Of a DNA stretch of 64,000 bases, positions 12,187 to 25,700 are shown one piece after another. The DNA lies in NCBI RefSeq assembly GCF_001194135.2, contig NC_068990.1, positions 3,375,800 to 3,439,799 of the forward strand, read 5' to 3'. The stretch is from Octopus bimaculoides. Its lineage: Eukaryota. Every line of letters starts with the position of its first letter. Within the stretch, counting starts at the first letter, position 1. The notes below the pieces were generated by a model, which saw only the letters and a program-made list of their open reading frames with translations, did not search any database and was not told the origin of the DNA. The translations under genes were made by a program, and so were the position numbers.

Positions 12187-12541
12187 GCGTTCGAAGACGA
12201 AAACAATGCAAAATTAGAAGCCCAATATATTCCAGCGAGTAATACCAATATCCAATAGTCTGGTCAATAACATGATATTGTGATGTTTGTTTGTATGCGT
12301 ATGTATATATGTGTGCGCATGCGTGTGCGTGCGCGTGCCTCTGTATGCGCGCGTGTGCATGTTCGTATTTGTCTGTATTTTCATAGCATTTTATGAGTAC
12401 AAAAGAAAATATATCCTTACCGTAGGGCCTACAGTTCCCATTTCTTTGGCCATATTGATATGTGTCTAAAAAGTCGCTGACTTGATCTAAATTATTGATC
12501 AACGCAGCCAACGAAAAACCAACATATATGTGTGTGTGTTT

Positions 12542-12621
<80 letters not shown>

Positions 12622-14160
12622 GTGTGTGTGTGTCTGTGTATCAATGTGTGCGTAGATATCTAAGTATATAATATGTATGTAAACAAGCATTCGTTACTTA
12701 TTGTGTCCGTTGATCAATAATTTTAGATGAAGTGGTGAAATTGTTGGACGGAGGCGCACTGGGACACAGAACGGATTGGGAATTGAAGACACTAAGGAAG
12801 ATATATATTTAACATTACACTCATAAATAACTATCTTGAGACAAGAAAATCGATAACTAGGCCTAAAACGGGTTAGCTTCTGGCATGAAGAGATGATAGC
12901 CTCCTACGTACAAATGATGTATTTGAAATGGAATAAAGCTCAAAGAAATTACAATTTCGAATAATGCGTTTTTGTGTAAGTATTCTAACACCTTGAACAA
13001 GTACTGAATTCCCCTTAGTATAAGCATGGGGATGGAGAGAAAGACAGAACACAAGGCAAGACAACAAAGAAATATAGAGATAAATCCATGCAAGTACTAG
13101 AGATGATTATCTGCTTCTCAAAATAAAAAGGAAACTAATATGTAACCGTTAATAAATTCAACGAAAAATCCGATCGTTACTTTGGAGAGACTATTTCTAG
13201 TATTTTACTGCTATGTTTCCATGAAAATTATTCTACGATACGTATTGTACAGACAATATTACATTAGTAGACAGTAATTGATTAGTGAGAACTTTATGTT
13301 GGAACAATATCTGTTGTTTTAACAGGACTGAAATTGTTGATGAATTGACAGCAGTACATTAATGAGACGTATTTCTACATTTTTACTGTAGGATGGCGTG
13401 GAAAAGGTGGAAAAAAGAATATAGATGTTTTGTTTCTCAGCACATAAATAAGCAGGAGTAAATCTGATACAGTTTCTACTTTTATCTAGTTATAAAATTA
13501 GGGAGATGATTATGATTTCATAAACAAGCAAAAGACTACTAATTTGTACACAAAAAGTATAAGCGAGAAAATGAACATAATGACATATTCATTCGTTATC
13601 AGAATTAGTTTCGTGTTGTATGACAAGCGAAGAAAACACCGTTGAGATTTTAACTGAAATTTTGCAGGACTCTTGTAAAACATTTCAGACTAATAAAGTT
13701 TGTTTTATCAATAAGCCGTGCTTAGCTCGATTCAAAGACTGCTAAGCATATCGCTGGTTCATAGTTTTAACAAATAAAGAGAGATAAAGTCAGACCAAAC
13801 TCAACCTCGGAAGTATTTTCAATCAGAAATTTAAACTTAAATTATTTGATTTCAAGTAATACTTAACATATCTATATGTGGAAACAAAGACTCTAGGCTA
13901 TTGAATACATTGCTGGTAATTTGCTTTGACAGATATGAAAAGATGAAAGCCAAAGCAAACCCAGCTTTGGAAACATTCTCAATCGGATCATTAAACTTAA
14001 TCTACGTAAACTATTTGCTTTCAAGAAATAATTAATATAGCAATATCTTATAACGGAGAGTATGGACTATTGAATAGAAACCATCATTTTACTGTCTCTA
14101 TTTATGACTGGAAATGAAAGAAAATTATAAGACAGCTGACAGTTATTTGGACTTTATACT

Positions 14161-14384
14161 TGTTTTAAATTTTGGCACAAAGTCAGCAGTTTTCGGTAGT
14201 GGGGGTAAGTCGATTACGTCGACTTTACGCCAACCTTAGTGTTCGAGTGGTACTTATTTTATCGATTCTGAAATGATGAAAGCAACGTCAACCTTGGCGG
14301 AATTTGAACTCAGAACGTTAATACGCACGAAATGCCGCTGAGCATTTTGCCTGGTGTGATATTAACTCTGCTTGCTCGTCACCT
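14161..14384 (-). mobile_element. SINE family B
   Basis: GGCGGAATTTGAACTCAGAACG (B box rc), GTACTTATTTTATCGA, tail TTTGGCACAAAG. Confidence 0.85.
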
Positions 14385-14498
14385 CATTTCGACTTAATAT
14401 CTAAAAACTAAATGAGCTTGAACGACGATCGTTTTCAGATAAAAGAAAATAAGAATACAGACTCTGTCTGACAGGTTAAGGATATAGTCGATGATATT

Positions 14499-14711
14499 CT
14501 TTTCTACTCTAGGTACAAGACCAAACATTTTGGGGGAGGGACCAGTCGATTAGATCGACTCCAGTACAAAACTGGTACTTAATCTATCGACCCCGAAAGT
14601 ATGAAAGGTAAAGTCAACCTCGGTGGAATTTGAACTCAGAGCGTAAAGACAGACGAAATACCGCGAAGCATATCACCCGGCATGCTAACGTTTCTGCCAG
14701 CTCACCGGCTT
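14499..14711 (-). mobile_element. SINE family B, full length, with 18-bp target-site duplication
   Basis: Family consensus throughout; TSD GATATAG(T/A)CGATGATATT at 14481-14498 and 14712-14729. Confidence 0.92.
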
Positions 14712-14830
14712 GATATAGACGATGATATTGATACGTGTGTATTACAGGTACGTATATCATTGCCCTCTCTCCCTGGAGGGAGATAAACAGAGAAACGTAA
14801 AGGCTTATATGTGTGTGCGTGTGTGTATGT

Positions 14831-14869
<39 letters not shown>

Positions 14870-15531
14870 TGTGTGTGTAATGTAGAAAGCTTCTGAGGTT
14901 ATTTGATTGTGTCATATATCTAAACAGCGCGTATGACTAAAGAATGTTCATTTCATGAGTTTTATATAGTGGCTAATGTTCACATGTACTATGCACGGTT
15001 TATTGATTTCATTTAAACTAGGCACTGATACTCTCACATTTGTGGAGAGAGAGCAAACTAATTATGAAATGACAATCTTTATATCGTACTTAACGCGGAT
15101 TTATTAGTAGAACGATCTCAGATAAACACACGTTGCTAAGATGTTGTCTATAAGACGCAAACCATCTGACTTGGGCGCTAGAGCTGTCAGATCGTGTGTC
15201 CCAAAGGCTTTAGATGCCCAGTGAAATAGACTCAAGTGTGGATTAAAAACATATGAGCTTGGCTTTCGACCATTGTAATTATTATTCTACCCCACTGACA
15301 CATTCCCGCAAAACAGAAATGAGACATTTCATTTAGTGAGATACCATGTACACTGTCATATTGCCTAGTGGTTGTTATTGATAGCCGACAGACCAAAGCC
15401 TATTGAGAAAACCTACGTTAAAATATCTTCAAAACCTCTCTACATAATCTGTTTTGCTTTCAGACACTGTAGCGGCAGATGCCTTATCCTGCGTTCTTCA
15501 TTTTAAAAAGGAACGGGTATTGTGTAATTTT

Positions 15532-15732
15532 GGTTTCACTTTCTGCCACAAGGTCACCAATTCTGGAGAGGCGGGGGGGGGCATAGTCGATTTCATCGAC
15601 CACGTACTGAACGGGTACTTATTTTATTGACCCTGATAGGATTTAAGGCAATGTCGACCTCGGCAAAATTTGAACACAGAATGTAAAAACCGGCGAACGT
15701 GGTGTGATAACGACTCTGCCTGCTCTCCCCTT
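15532..15732 (-). mobile_element. SINE family B, diverged
   Basis: GTCGATTTCATCGAC, GGTACTTATTTTATTGACCC, GTCGACCTCGGCAAAATTTGAACACAG. Confidence 0.8.
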
Positions 15733-17314
15733 TAGTATGTTTCAATATTAATAACCTGCAACTGAGATTTCAATCAGGTCAGTAAAACATATACATATCC
15801 TCTTGTTGGTGCTTAAAGTACTGGTGTTATTTAGAATTGTGAATTAATGTAATGTTGCGATTCCTTGGAACGTTTCCACAGTCAACGATTTAATCTTCAA
15901 GGTTACCATGTATCCCAGAATCATTATATTTGTATGGATGCGTTTTATTTTCTTCGTTTAACAAATGCTAATTTCTCTCCGCACGTGAAGAGTAGATTAA
16001 CAGACATTAACCGATTCATGTATCCATGCAAACGTCTCTTTATGGTTCGGGACAACAAACAAGAACTCGGAAATGTTGTTGTAAGTTTGTTTTGTTGAAG
16101 CACAAAGTAATAAAGTGACGTCCAACCAGTAAGCTCGCAAACTCTGGAGATAATATTTTTTATCTATAAGGAATATAACTGAGATAATAAAATCGTAGCT
16201 TTCATTTATTCATGCCATGCAGCAGAATTCTATCTGCGATATATCACAAATCGTCGTGCAATATAGGAGAATGTTTGCTGCAATATATCACACACGTTGA
16301 TGAATCACCGGGCATTTTTGTTCATGATGTGCCACATTGGCCGAAGCAATATAGGAGAATGTTACATGCGATATACGAAATCATCAACACCAATGATATT
16401 TGTGTTATACTTAGTGGAATTTATAAGCAAAGTAGAAAGTTTGTTTGGTGGTAGATTGCGTTGCGATTGGATGACACGCAGTATTCATTTTGATTCTCTG
16501 CCTTCTGGATCAAATTCTGCTGAGGTTAGTTTTATCGTTCGTTCTTCCGGCGTCGATTAAATTATGTACTAATTCCAATGTTACGTATTAGCAGGACTGT
16601 AACAATTTGCGGTATTTCTTCCATTTTTCTGCACTCTAAGTCAAGTTCCGCTTCAGTTGCTGAAAATCAATCTCACGAACCTGTTACCCTCGAGCAACAT
16701 GGAGGGTTTAGACAAATCCTCGAAACAAAGACCAACAACAAATATATGATACTAGAGGGAGCCGAGAAAGTGGACTCTCCAGCAGAATTATTAGATGCCC
16801 TACTAAATGGATGGAATGTATTTGCTCACGTCTTCAAATATAAAGTGTCTAATGACTAATGGTTCATAAAGCACCAGTACAGAAGATGAGGCGTAGCGAG
16901 AATAATTTGAGTGTTATTAAGCTGTTTTTATTTTACCGAGATATATTAAGCGGAGGCATCGTTGTCAGCATTGTAAGCTGACACAACACTAATCAGTAGC
17001 TTTAGATTTTCGTTGATGCATATTTTACAAAAAACAAAATTAATTATCAGCAGAAAAAAATGCTAATTAATCAATCAATATTACGAAGGAAACCGTGAAC
17101 CATCGATTAAATTTCAATGTTTTCCTTTGCAATTCTATCCCTGAACAAAATCTATGAGGAGGTGCATGTCATAGTTGAATTATTCATAATCAAAATAAGG
17201 AAATGAAGTTAAAATATTGGTTGTAATGGACATTTTCACCTGCATTATATCTAGCTATACATGCATACAACCATATATACATACACGCACGCACACAAAT
17301 ACACTCTCACATAT

Positions 17315-17360
<46 letters not shown>

Positions 17361-18309
17361 CAGAGTTGGAAAATTCAATGAACGCTGAGTGACTAATGGC
17401 TGATAAAGATTAAAATATCTATGCATTAATTCTTCATTAGATCTCTAATTTCCACTGCGTGTCTCAAATAGGAGTGTGGTGTTGAATAAGCACACATGCT
17501 GATTACAGGCAAAATAAAAGATTTGTCTAAGAGCAATAGCGAACCTTCATTTACATTTCTCATTCAGATAATTAGCTTATTATCACGGAATCGTTATTTT
17601 AATCCACAGTATAACAACAAAGTGTAATTTCATGAAGACACTTTTGTTATTTCGTTCAATTCACATTACGCATTAGTAATAATTCTGCATTTGCTTTTAA
17701 GAAAAGTGGTCTTCAAAATTGTAGCTGATTGATGCAGCAACCAAATCAGACAATAATCTTATATAAAATGCTTATTGATGATGCTGTCCTGAATAATGTA
17801 GTCACTCTTTATATATAAGACACAATCATTTACACATCCAGTTATATTCTTCATAATGGCTACCAACTGTACGTAATAAACTGCATTCCCACGATTACGA
17901 CAGATGTGATTTCTCTTTGGTGACCATAGGAATTAATTCACTATTAAAGAAAAGCTTTTTCGATTAGATAAATGAGGTGTGTTACGTTCATAAGAATGCA
18001 GCTAATTCTAACAGCTCTTCCTAACAATTTAAATTTCTCCATAATCTCATACTAAACACTTCAGATTTTCCTACAATTAACCCCAGGTGGCGTGGTTGGT
18101 GTCTGAGGCCGTTCTGAGATGGAAACTTCACTTTTAACTTGATAGAATAAACTTCGAAATATACTTGCAAATATTCTCCCATAGTCTATATATGTATGCA
18201 TGCATGTGCGTGTGTGTGTATCTACGTATGTACACACACGCATACACACGCGCGCACGCACGCACACGCACACGCATATATACAGTTATCCCTATATATT
18301 TAATATATA

Positions 18310-19390
18310 TAATAATACGCTTTTTTCAATTGCATGAACTAAAAGTCGGTAGGGGCGCGATAGACTTCTTGCATCAACTTGCTATACAATGAGGTAGTAA
18401 TTTTACCTTGTACTTATTCTTAGTGCAAGTTTGGAAGAGTGCAGTTCGATTTTAATAGATATATTTTCAAGATTAAAATGGAAGTAACAAAGGAGCATAT
18501 TCAGCATATTTTGCTTTATGAGTTCAATAAAGGCAACAACGCAACGGTAAGTTCGAGGAATATTAACGCAGTATAAGGGGATCGAACAATAAGCGTAAAC
18601 CAGTGTCAAGGGTGGTTCCAGAAATTCCGAGCCGAAAACTACAGCCTAGCAGACGATCCTCGTCCTGGTAGATTTGAAGAGCTCCACGAGAACGTCCTGC
18701 ATACCCTGGTGGAACAAAATCCTATCGTAACTATTGAGGAATTGGCAGAAAAGCTTGGATTTGGTCATTCAATCATTCATCAACACCTGTATGTCATTGG
18801 AAAAGTCAGCAAATTGGGTCAATGTGTTCCTCACAAACTTTCAGAGTCTAGTCGCACACAGAGAGTGAATATGTGCTCTTCTTTGCTGTCACGTCTCACG
18901 AATAAACATTTTTTGGACAGAATAGTGACTGGTGACAAGAAATGGGTTCTCTATAAAAATGTCAAGCGCTGAAGACACTGGGTAGAGAAAGGAGAGACAC
19001 CAGCATCCCAGGTTTAAAAAGGTCTTCATCCACGTAAGGTGTTTTTATCAGTTTGGTGGGATACGAAACGTTTAATCGACTTTGAACTTTTAAACCTTAA
19101 CCGAAACGGTTACAAAGAAGATCTATTGCGAGCATCTTCAGCGGCTTAAGTCAGCGCTAGAAGAAAAAGACCCATCTTTGGTTTCAAGACGAAAGGTGTT
19201 TTTCCATCAGGATGCTCGACCACAGCGAAGATAACATTCCAAAAACTGGAGCTGTTTGGATGGGAAACGATGCCCCACCCACCATATTCGCTGCACATTA
19301 CCTCCTCTAATTATCATTCATTCCGCAGTCTTCAAATTCATTTGGATGAATAAAATATGAATTCCGTAGACGAGGTCAGAAGAGTACGGT
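18310..19390 (+). mobile_element. Mariner DNA transposon remnant (boundaries approximate, TIRs not seen)
   Basis: Contains a near full-length transposase pseudogene. Confidence 0.85.
18478..19385 (+). pseudogene. Mariner DD34D-type transposase pseudogene
   Basis: MEVTKEHIQHILLYEFNKG..WFQKFRAENYSLADDPRPGR..LGQCVPHKL..FLDRIVTGDKKWVLYKN..KGLHPRKVFLSVWWD..FFHQDARP..GWETMPHPPYSLHITSSNYHSFRSL. Several stops and frameshifts; third catalytic D altered. Confidence 0.93.
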
Positions 19391-21304
19391 GTTAATGCTA
19401 GAGGCTCTTAAGAATTATTTGTAATTTCTTTTGCTATCATATTGGGTTGTTGCGGGCGCGCGTTGTTCGACTTCTTTAGAAAGAAAGAACTTTCTGTGTG
19501 AACATTTGTATTCGTTTCAACAGTCAGCTGATATAGTATTGGAAAAACATGGATGACAGTTTACGACTGTAGAATATCGAGTGAGAAGCGATGTTGAACA
19601 GGCAGGAATAGTTGACTTTTAGGTTATTTGCTTTGGAAATCTCATCGTAGTTATATACTGGTGCGAAATATAATCTTCCATGTTTTGAAATAATCTAGTT
19701 ATGTTTATGGTTAGAATTTATTTGGTAATATGTTTACTAGATCAAGACTGTTCCTTACCTAAATAAAAATAACAATAGCGGAACATATTGCATTTGGGAG
19801 TGTGGGATAGAGGAGACGTAGCTATAGATAAGTGTATATAAGGGTATGAATCTGATCCAAGTGTATTAGATGATGTGGTGTGATTTGAAAATGAACATTT
19901 AGCTACAACTTGTAAAAGCGTGTGAGCATGAAGATGGTTCATGAAATTCTGACGCTGATTTTGCTTAACCGCATTTTAATCATCTCTGAATAGACCGAGG
20001 ATCAAATGCATTCAAATCTGTACCATAATGCATATACAGTACTATCTAGGAATACTTCATCTAATTCATTTTTCTTTTCAAAATTATACGATAGTATCCT
20101 GAGGGGATTTGACTGCTGTTATAGGCAGGTCAAGAGGTCACGTACATGATTCCTTGATAACGCCTATTACTTTAATTTACCGTGGTATAGCACCAAATTG
20201 CGTATGGAAAACAATATCTCCAAATTCAATACACTTACTGAATCTGTTGCTACAGATTTATATAACAGGCATCAAACACCACTATTATGAATATACAGAT
20301 TATAAAAAAACGACGAAACAAAGTTCATTACACCATTGTCTTTTCACATTACTATTGCTAAATACAGGCCATAAATCTTCGTCACATGACAATATAACTC
20401 ATGGTTTATATAGATATACATTAGATATATCCTTTTAATTTTGCAGCGGCTTCAGTTGCATGGATGTCAGCATGGATTTGCACATGAAGCCTACAATTAT
20501 GATAAAGTAGGTGATCAAAGTAAGATGAGGACAGCTAGATATGCAGCGATATAAACATAGATTTTGATGTATATTAACATGTTTTTATAAGCATGATAAT
20601 TGTATCATTGATCACATACTTTTGACAGAGGTTCTCACAAACTGACATTCTGTTTTTGCTATATTTTATTATTACTACATTAGCCCAAAGTAAAATCAGA
20701 TTTGTCCTAACAGATGCTTTGCTAACTACAGGAAAATCACTAGCAAAATGAATCATACCTTTTATATTTATAGAGAGAGGGTGGTATAGATATATATGTG
20801 GATATATATGTAGAAAGAGGCTGAGTACACACACAAATACACACACATACACGCGCGCGCGCGCGCGCAACCACTTTCTTCCGCTCATTTCATCATGACG
20901 AAACCGTTAGTCCGTACTCATTTTTCCTCTCCGTTTTGTTTTCGTTCTCTCTATATATATTTCTCTCAACCCTTTCTTATATAGAGAGTTAAGTCCCAAT
21001 ATATCGATTCATCTAATCCGGTGGTACTCATTGAAAATGCTCCTTAATATATTATTCTACAAAGCATAGGATAGAAAAGAAAAATTAGAGTATATAAAAT
21101 TATACTATAAAATATGCTATAACATTTATTTTACCATACGAAATTTTATCATGGTATATTTCTCTCGTTATTTACAATTATATATATATTGTTATATTTT
21201 ACGATGGTCATGTTTTTTTGTTTTGTTTTTTCTCAAATAAACACACGCCCTATATATTCGTCCTTCACTCGTTTATCACTGTTCTTATTTTAACTGATGT
21301 CCTT

Positions 21305-21348
21305 GTCCGGAAATCTTTCGTCACAAATCTATGACATCTTCAGCGATA
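21305..21348 (-). ncRNA. Minimal type I hammerhead (left arm, partly decayed)
   Basis: rc: UAUCG-CUGAAGA-U-GUCAU(agauuu)GUGAC-GAAA-GAUU-UC-CGGACA. Confidence 0.6.
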
Positions 21349-21420
21349 CTTTCTGCCCTCTTGTATCCTAGAAAGGCGGAATAGAGTCAGCAGAGCAGGA
21401 GGATACAGGTGGAAGGAAAG

Positions 21421-21465
21421 TGTCGCTGAAGAGATCACAGGTGTGTGGCGAAAGATATTCGAACA
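21421..21465 (+). ncRNA. Minimal type I hammerhead (right arm, partly decayed)
   Basis: UGUCG-CUGAAGA-G-AUCAC(aggugu)GUGGC-GAAA-GAUA-UU-CGAACA. Confidence 0.6.
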
Positions 21466-21524
21466 ATGGATATCAATTAAATTAAGAACAGTCATAAACG
21501 ATTGAAGATTAAGTCTCACTTAAT

Positions 21525-21730
21525 GGAACCAGCTGGCAGAATTGTTACATCGTCGGATAAAATGCTTAGCAGCATTTATTCTGGTTTTACGTCCGAGTTC
21601 AAATCCCACCGAGATCAAGTACACTTTCCATTCCTTTCGGATCGATAACATAATTACCAAAATCAAGTACTGAGTTCGATATACTCGGCTTGCCCCTATC
21701 CCCTACAATTACAGGCTTTGAATTTGTAGT
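21525..21730 (+). mobile_element. SINE family B, diverged
   Basis: AGCTGGCAGAATTGTTA...AAATGCTTAGC...GAGTTCAAATCCCACCGAG...CCTTTCGGATCGATAA. Confidence 0.78.
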
Positions 21731-23738
21731 AGAAACAACGGAATCTCAAACTCATTTATATGTGTATTTGCAAGAATATTATTCCCAAGTTCTTAAAATT
21801 CACTTCTCTCCTTGAGATGTCTCCAATTTTTTAAAATTTTTTCGTCTATCAGTCCGAATGAAAATTTTCCAAATAATTAAGAAATTATTCTTTTCGCCAT
21901 TCATTTCACCAATCTTCAAATTGAATATACATGTGCGTATGTATGTACGCGCGTGCGTATGTGTGTCAATGTACGTTGGTATGTATGATATCATATATAC
22001 TGAATATTAATGCTGAAAATCTTTTCACCTTGTATTTGTGTTTCTTAAACTTTGCAAAAACAATCCACTGAAATATAGAAATAATACCCTATACAGTAAT
22101 GTACGCTTAAATTCAATATCCTTTACCTAAAATTACTACCAATGTATTTCTGGAACGAGACACACTCGAAAACAAAAAGACTGGATGTGATTTGTTTTAC
22201 TTTTCATTTAAGAAGAGGGCCAAAATAATTTCCCTCAAACTAAGGAAGAGCCTCCATAGAAAATGATGTGGTGTTTACAGCCAAAATTACACGAGAAACG
22301 TAATTATACCAAATACATTTGTTAAAGCTTTAGTAAGTATGGTTGTTGAAGCCGAATATATTACAGGTTTCTTCTCAAAGTATATCTACAATTACTTTAT
22401 ACACGTATATTATATCACTTATAGGAAGCCAATACTAAGTGCTATGTATCCCTGAACATAATTCTGCTGCAGCAATCTTGGCATCATTAAGTAATGCGTT
22501 TCTTAACATCAGTATGTCATTCCTTTGTTTCTATTTTGGACAAGTAATGAATATACACTATCACGAAAAATTTTCAATCCAAACTTACATAATCATGAAA
22601 ACGGATGAACTTACTGAAGTTATTCCATCCTATTACATGACAAACTTACCCTTACGTTTACGAAAAATATATATAACGAATACGTCCTGCGTAATATGCA
22701 TGGGAACCCTATAGAATGATTATTGAGATATAGCAAATATAAACTTCTTAGGTTGCTTTTCAAGAGAAAACATCTAATTCTGCATTCTAGCATTACTTTT
22801 GCTCTGTAGAATAATAACTGTGAACTAGCATTCAGTTGGAAGAATCAATGTATGTTCGATAGGCTAAACGTCTTATCCCGAAGTTGAAGCTAAAGCTTGG
22901 GTGGATATCTCATCCGTTTGACACTTCACGAAGAAAATCCGCTGCATTTTTCCTATGATAAGAGAAAAGATTAGCTTCTTTCGCTATAATACCTTTTGTA
23001 CAAGAAAACCTCGCTTTACTAATGCTAAATACGTTATAATACCTCTAATAAAAACCTGAAACAAGAAATCAACCTGATCCAATCAGCACGCATATTATGT
23101 TAATATTATTCTACCGAGAAAAGATTGCACTAGAAAAAATAGTTGTTTCTAATTTCCAAATATTCGCAACATTAAAGAAAGAGATAAATTGAATGGCAGC
23201 AATTTCCGATAGATCAATGAAATTGGGACCAAATATAGGAAATTAGCAGAGTCACCAACTATTTCTTCTCATTCTTCTTCTGATTTGTTTTTAAATATTG
23301 TTTCTTTTATCCCAGCTTAAAAGCAATCAAGCACCATCAAATGTCTTTGTCAATTTCTTTATGTAAGGTTTAACGCATTCAATCCAAGCGTATATAACTA
23401 CACACGTATACATATATGCACACACCACACACGTGCATGGGCGCACACTAAACCATTTGCTTTTGAATGAAGTTTACAGGCTACAGAAAGTGTGTCCCAC
23501 AACACATCGTTTGCTGCTCCTCCTGATTTCTTGTACATATAACGTTTTCCGATAGAATATTGTTGCTTATGAAGACGTGTATGCATTTGGAAGTGAATTA
23601 TATAAGTCCTTATTGGGAACGAACATATTGTGAGCTTGAAATGAATATAACAACAACTGTTATTAATTCAATCACAGTTCACTGGACACATGGTGTCACA
23701 AAATGAATTAAAACGAGAACCACGCTCACACAAACGCA

Positions 23739-23788
<50 letters not shown>

Positions 23789-24116
23789 CTCAATCTCTCT
23801 CTCACATACAACGCACGTGCACACTCACACACACACACACACATACACGCACACACATAAATATATGTATGGCAATGGTTTCCTGAAAACAGTGAGCTAC
23901 GCGAAACCAAACCTGGAAACATGACGTTATGAAAGAACTTCCAAATACTACCTTTATACGAGATATGAATGGGAAACCAGCAGACACTGTATTACAGTAT
24001 GGTACAAACTAACAAATAAAGATGAATAAATACATTTTGATGGATCGAAAGTATACTGATGTAACATTAAGAAAACAACACTGCAACACAAATGAAGCAC
24101 AGCCAGGCTTGATATT

Positions 24117-24530
24117 CTTTTTTATTCTAAGTATAAGGCCCGAAATGTTTGGGGAGGGGTCAGTCGATTAGATCTACCCCAGTACGCAACTGGTACTTAA
24201 TTTATCGACCTCGAAAGGAGGAAAGACAAAGTCCACTTCGGCGGAATTTTAACTCAGGCTTTATCTTGCAGATTTATGATCAAAGGCGTTTCAAATCTAA
24301 TTTATTTTATACTATTTTGTAATAGTAATTATTTGTTTCCTTTTTTTTTTGTTTGTTTTGTCTTTTTGATACGGTATCATTTGAGAGAAATTTCGGAATT
24401 TTGCAAATATTTCCACGAAGTTGTGCGACAGCACAAAAATAACCATATTGGGTCAGTAGGGTAATAAAATTGTAATTGTCGTTGCTGCTTTTTTACCACT
24501 AGGTATTTCGCCCAGCGTGCTAACGTTTCT
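24117..24530 (-). mobile_element. SINE family B interrupted by a 247-bp templated insertion
   Basis: Consensus runs to ...GGAATTTTAACTCAG (24257) and resumes ACTAGGTATTTCGCCCAGCGTGCTAACGTTTCT (24498-24530). Confidence 0.85.
24251..24497 (+). repeat. Direct duplicate (recipient copy) of 27532-27777
   Basis: Identical by eye except one T in a poly-T run (10 vs 9). Confidence 0.95.
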
Positions 24531-24758
24531 TATTTCTTTATTTCCCACAAAGGGCTAATCATAGAGGGGACAAACAAGGACAGACAAAGGGATTAAGTCG
24601 ATTACATTGACCCCAGTGCGTAACTAGTACTTAATTTATCGACCCGGAAAGGATGAAAGGCAAAGTCGACTTCGGCGGAATTTGAACTCAGAGCGGCAGA
24701 CAAAATACCATTAAGCATTTCGCCCGGCGTGCTAACGTTTCTGCCAGCTCGCCGCCTT
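24528..24758 (-). mobile_element. SINE family B, young full-length copy (alternative 3' tail) nested in the head of the previous copy
   Basis: rc AAGGCGGCGAGCTGGCAGAAACGTTAGCACGCCGGGCGAAATGC...GAGTTCAAATTCCGCCGAAGTCGACTTTGCCTTTCATCC...TTTGTCTGTCCTTGTTTGTCCCCTCT. Confidence 0.92.
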
Positions 24759-24776
24759 CAACCAGCCTTGATATTG

Positions 24777-24922
24777 TAAAGGTGCATGGCCTAGTGATTT
24801 GGATGTTGCATCCACGATCTCTAAACTCAGCTTCTATTCCTGACCGAGTCTTGAGTTGTATCATTGAGCAAAACACTTCATTTCACTTTCCTCCAGGCTA
24901 CTCAGCTGTAAATGAGAAACGC
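24777..24922 (+). mobile_element. SINE family C, 5' fragment, diverged
   Basis: GTAAAGGTGCATGGCCTAGTG...TTGAGCAAAACACTTCATTTCAC, matching the head of 28547-28245. Confidence 0.65.
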
Positions 24923-25577
24923 TGCCATTCTGTTCAACGGGAATAGTATGGTCTCCGTTACTTATACGCCAAAGAAATCAAATAACCGATCCTTTGAGTT
25001 CAAGTACTGTAAACAATGTATGATGTTCGGTGATCTCAAAATGCAAACACTTTTGTTGTCGAATTCAGCTGCTCGCTTGCACCATATGCCAAGAAAATAT
25101 AGGAGAAAAAGCGAAATATTCATGGACCGCTGAGAAACTTGATACGCCAGTACTCACAATACACTTACAGTTTATATTAAGTCAGGAGGTTTGAGATGAA
25201 TATATATCTATTTCACCAGTTGAACAAAGAGATAACTGCAATGAACTCAGTTCTGTAATATATAACCTACGGAAGAACATGATGTTTAGAACAATGAAAT
25301 TATGCAACAACTTCTTAAAATTTAGAGGAAGAATACATAATTGTGAGAATGGTGAGGAAGAAAACACGATATGTTTCTTTTTAACTGAGCCCCCCAAGCA
25401 ATCTTAAGAAAATAAGCTCTCAGACTTCCGTCAACATGTATATAAATTCACTCATATACACACGCACATACACACACATGGAAATGCGTGCTTGCGTGTG
25501 CGAACACGCGTATGTGTGTATGTGCATATATGTAATTCTACATATGCATACGCATGTTTTTTTTATATACGCGTCTG

Positions 25578-25616
<39 letters not shown>

Positions 25617-25641
25617 ATGTGTGTGTGTGTATGTGTGTGTA

Positions 25642-25700
<59 letters not shown>

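Larger units (their letters stand above)
21263..21507. mobile_element. Inverted pair of a hammerhead-bearing repeat (family H3), arms 21263-21369 and 21400-21507
   Basis: Arms are ~110 bp, roughly 80% identical by eye, with a 30-nt spacer; each arm has CTGAAGA...GAAA around a GTCAC/GTGAC-type stem. Confidence 0.8.
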
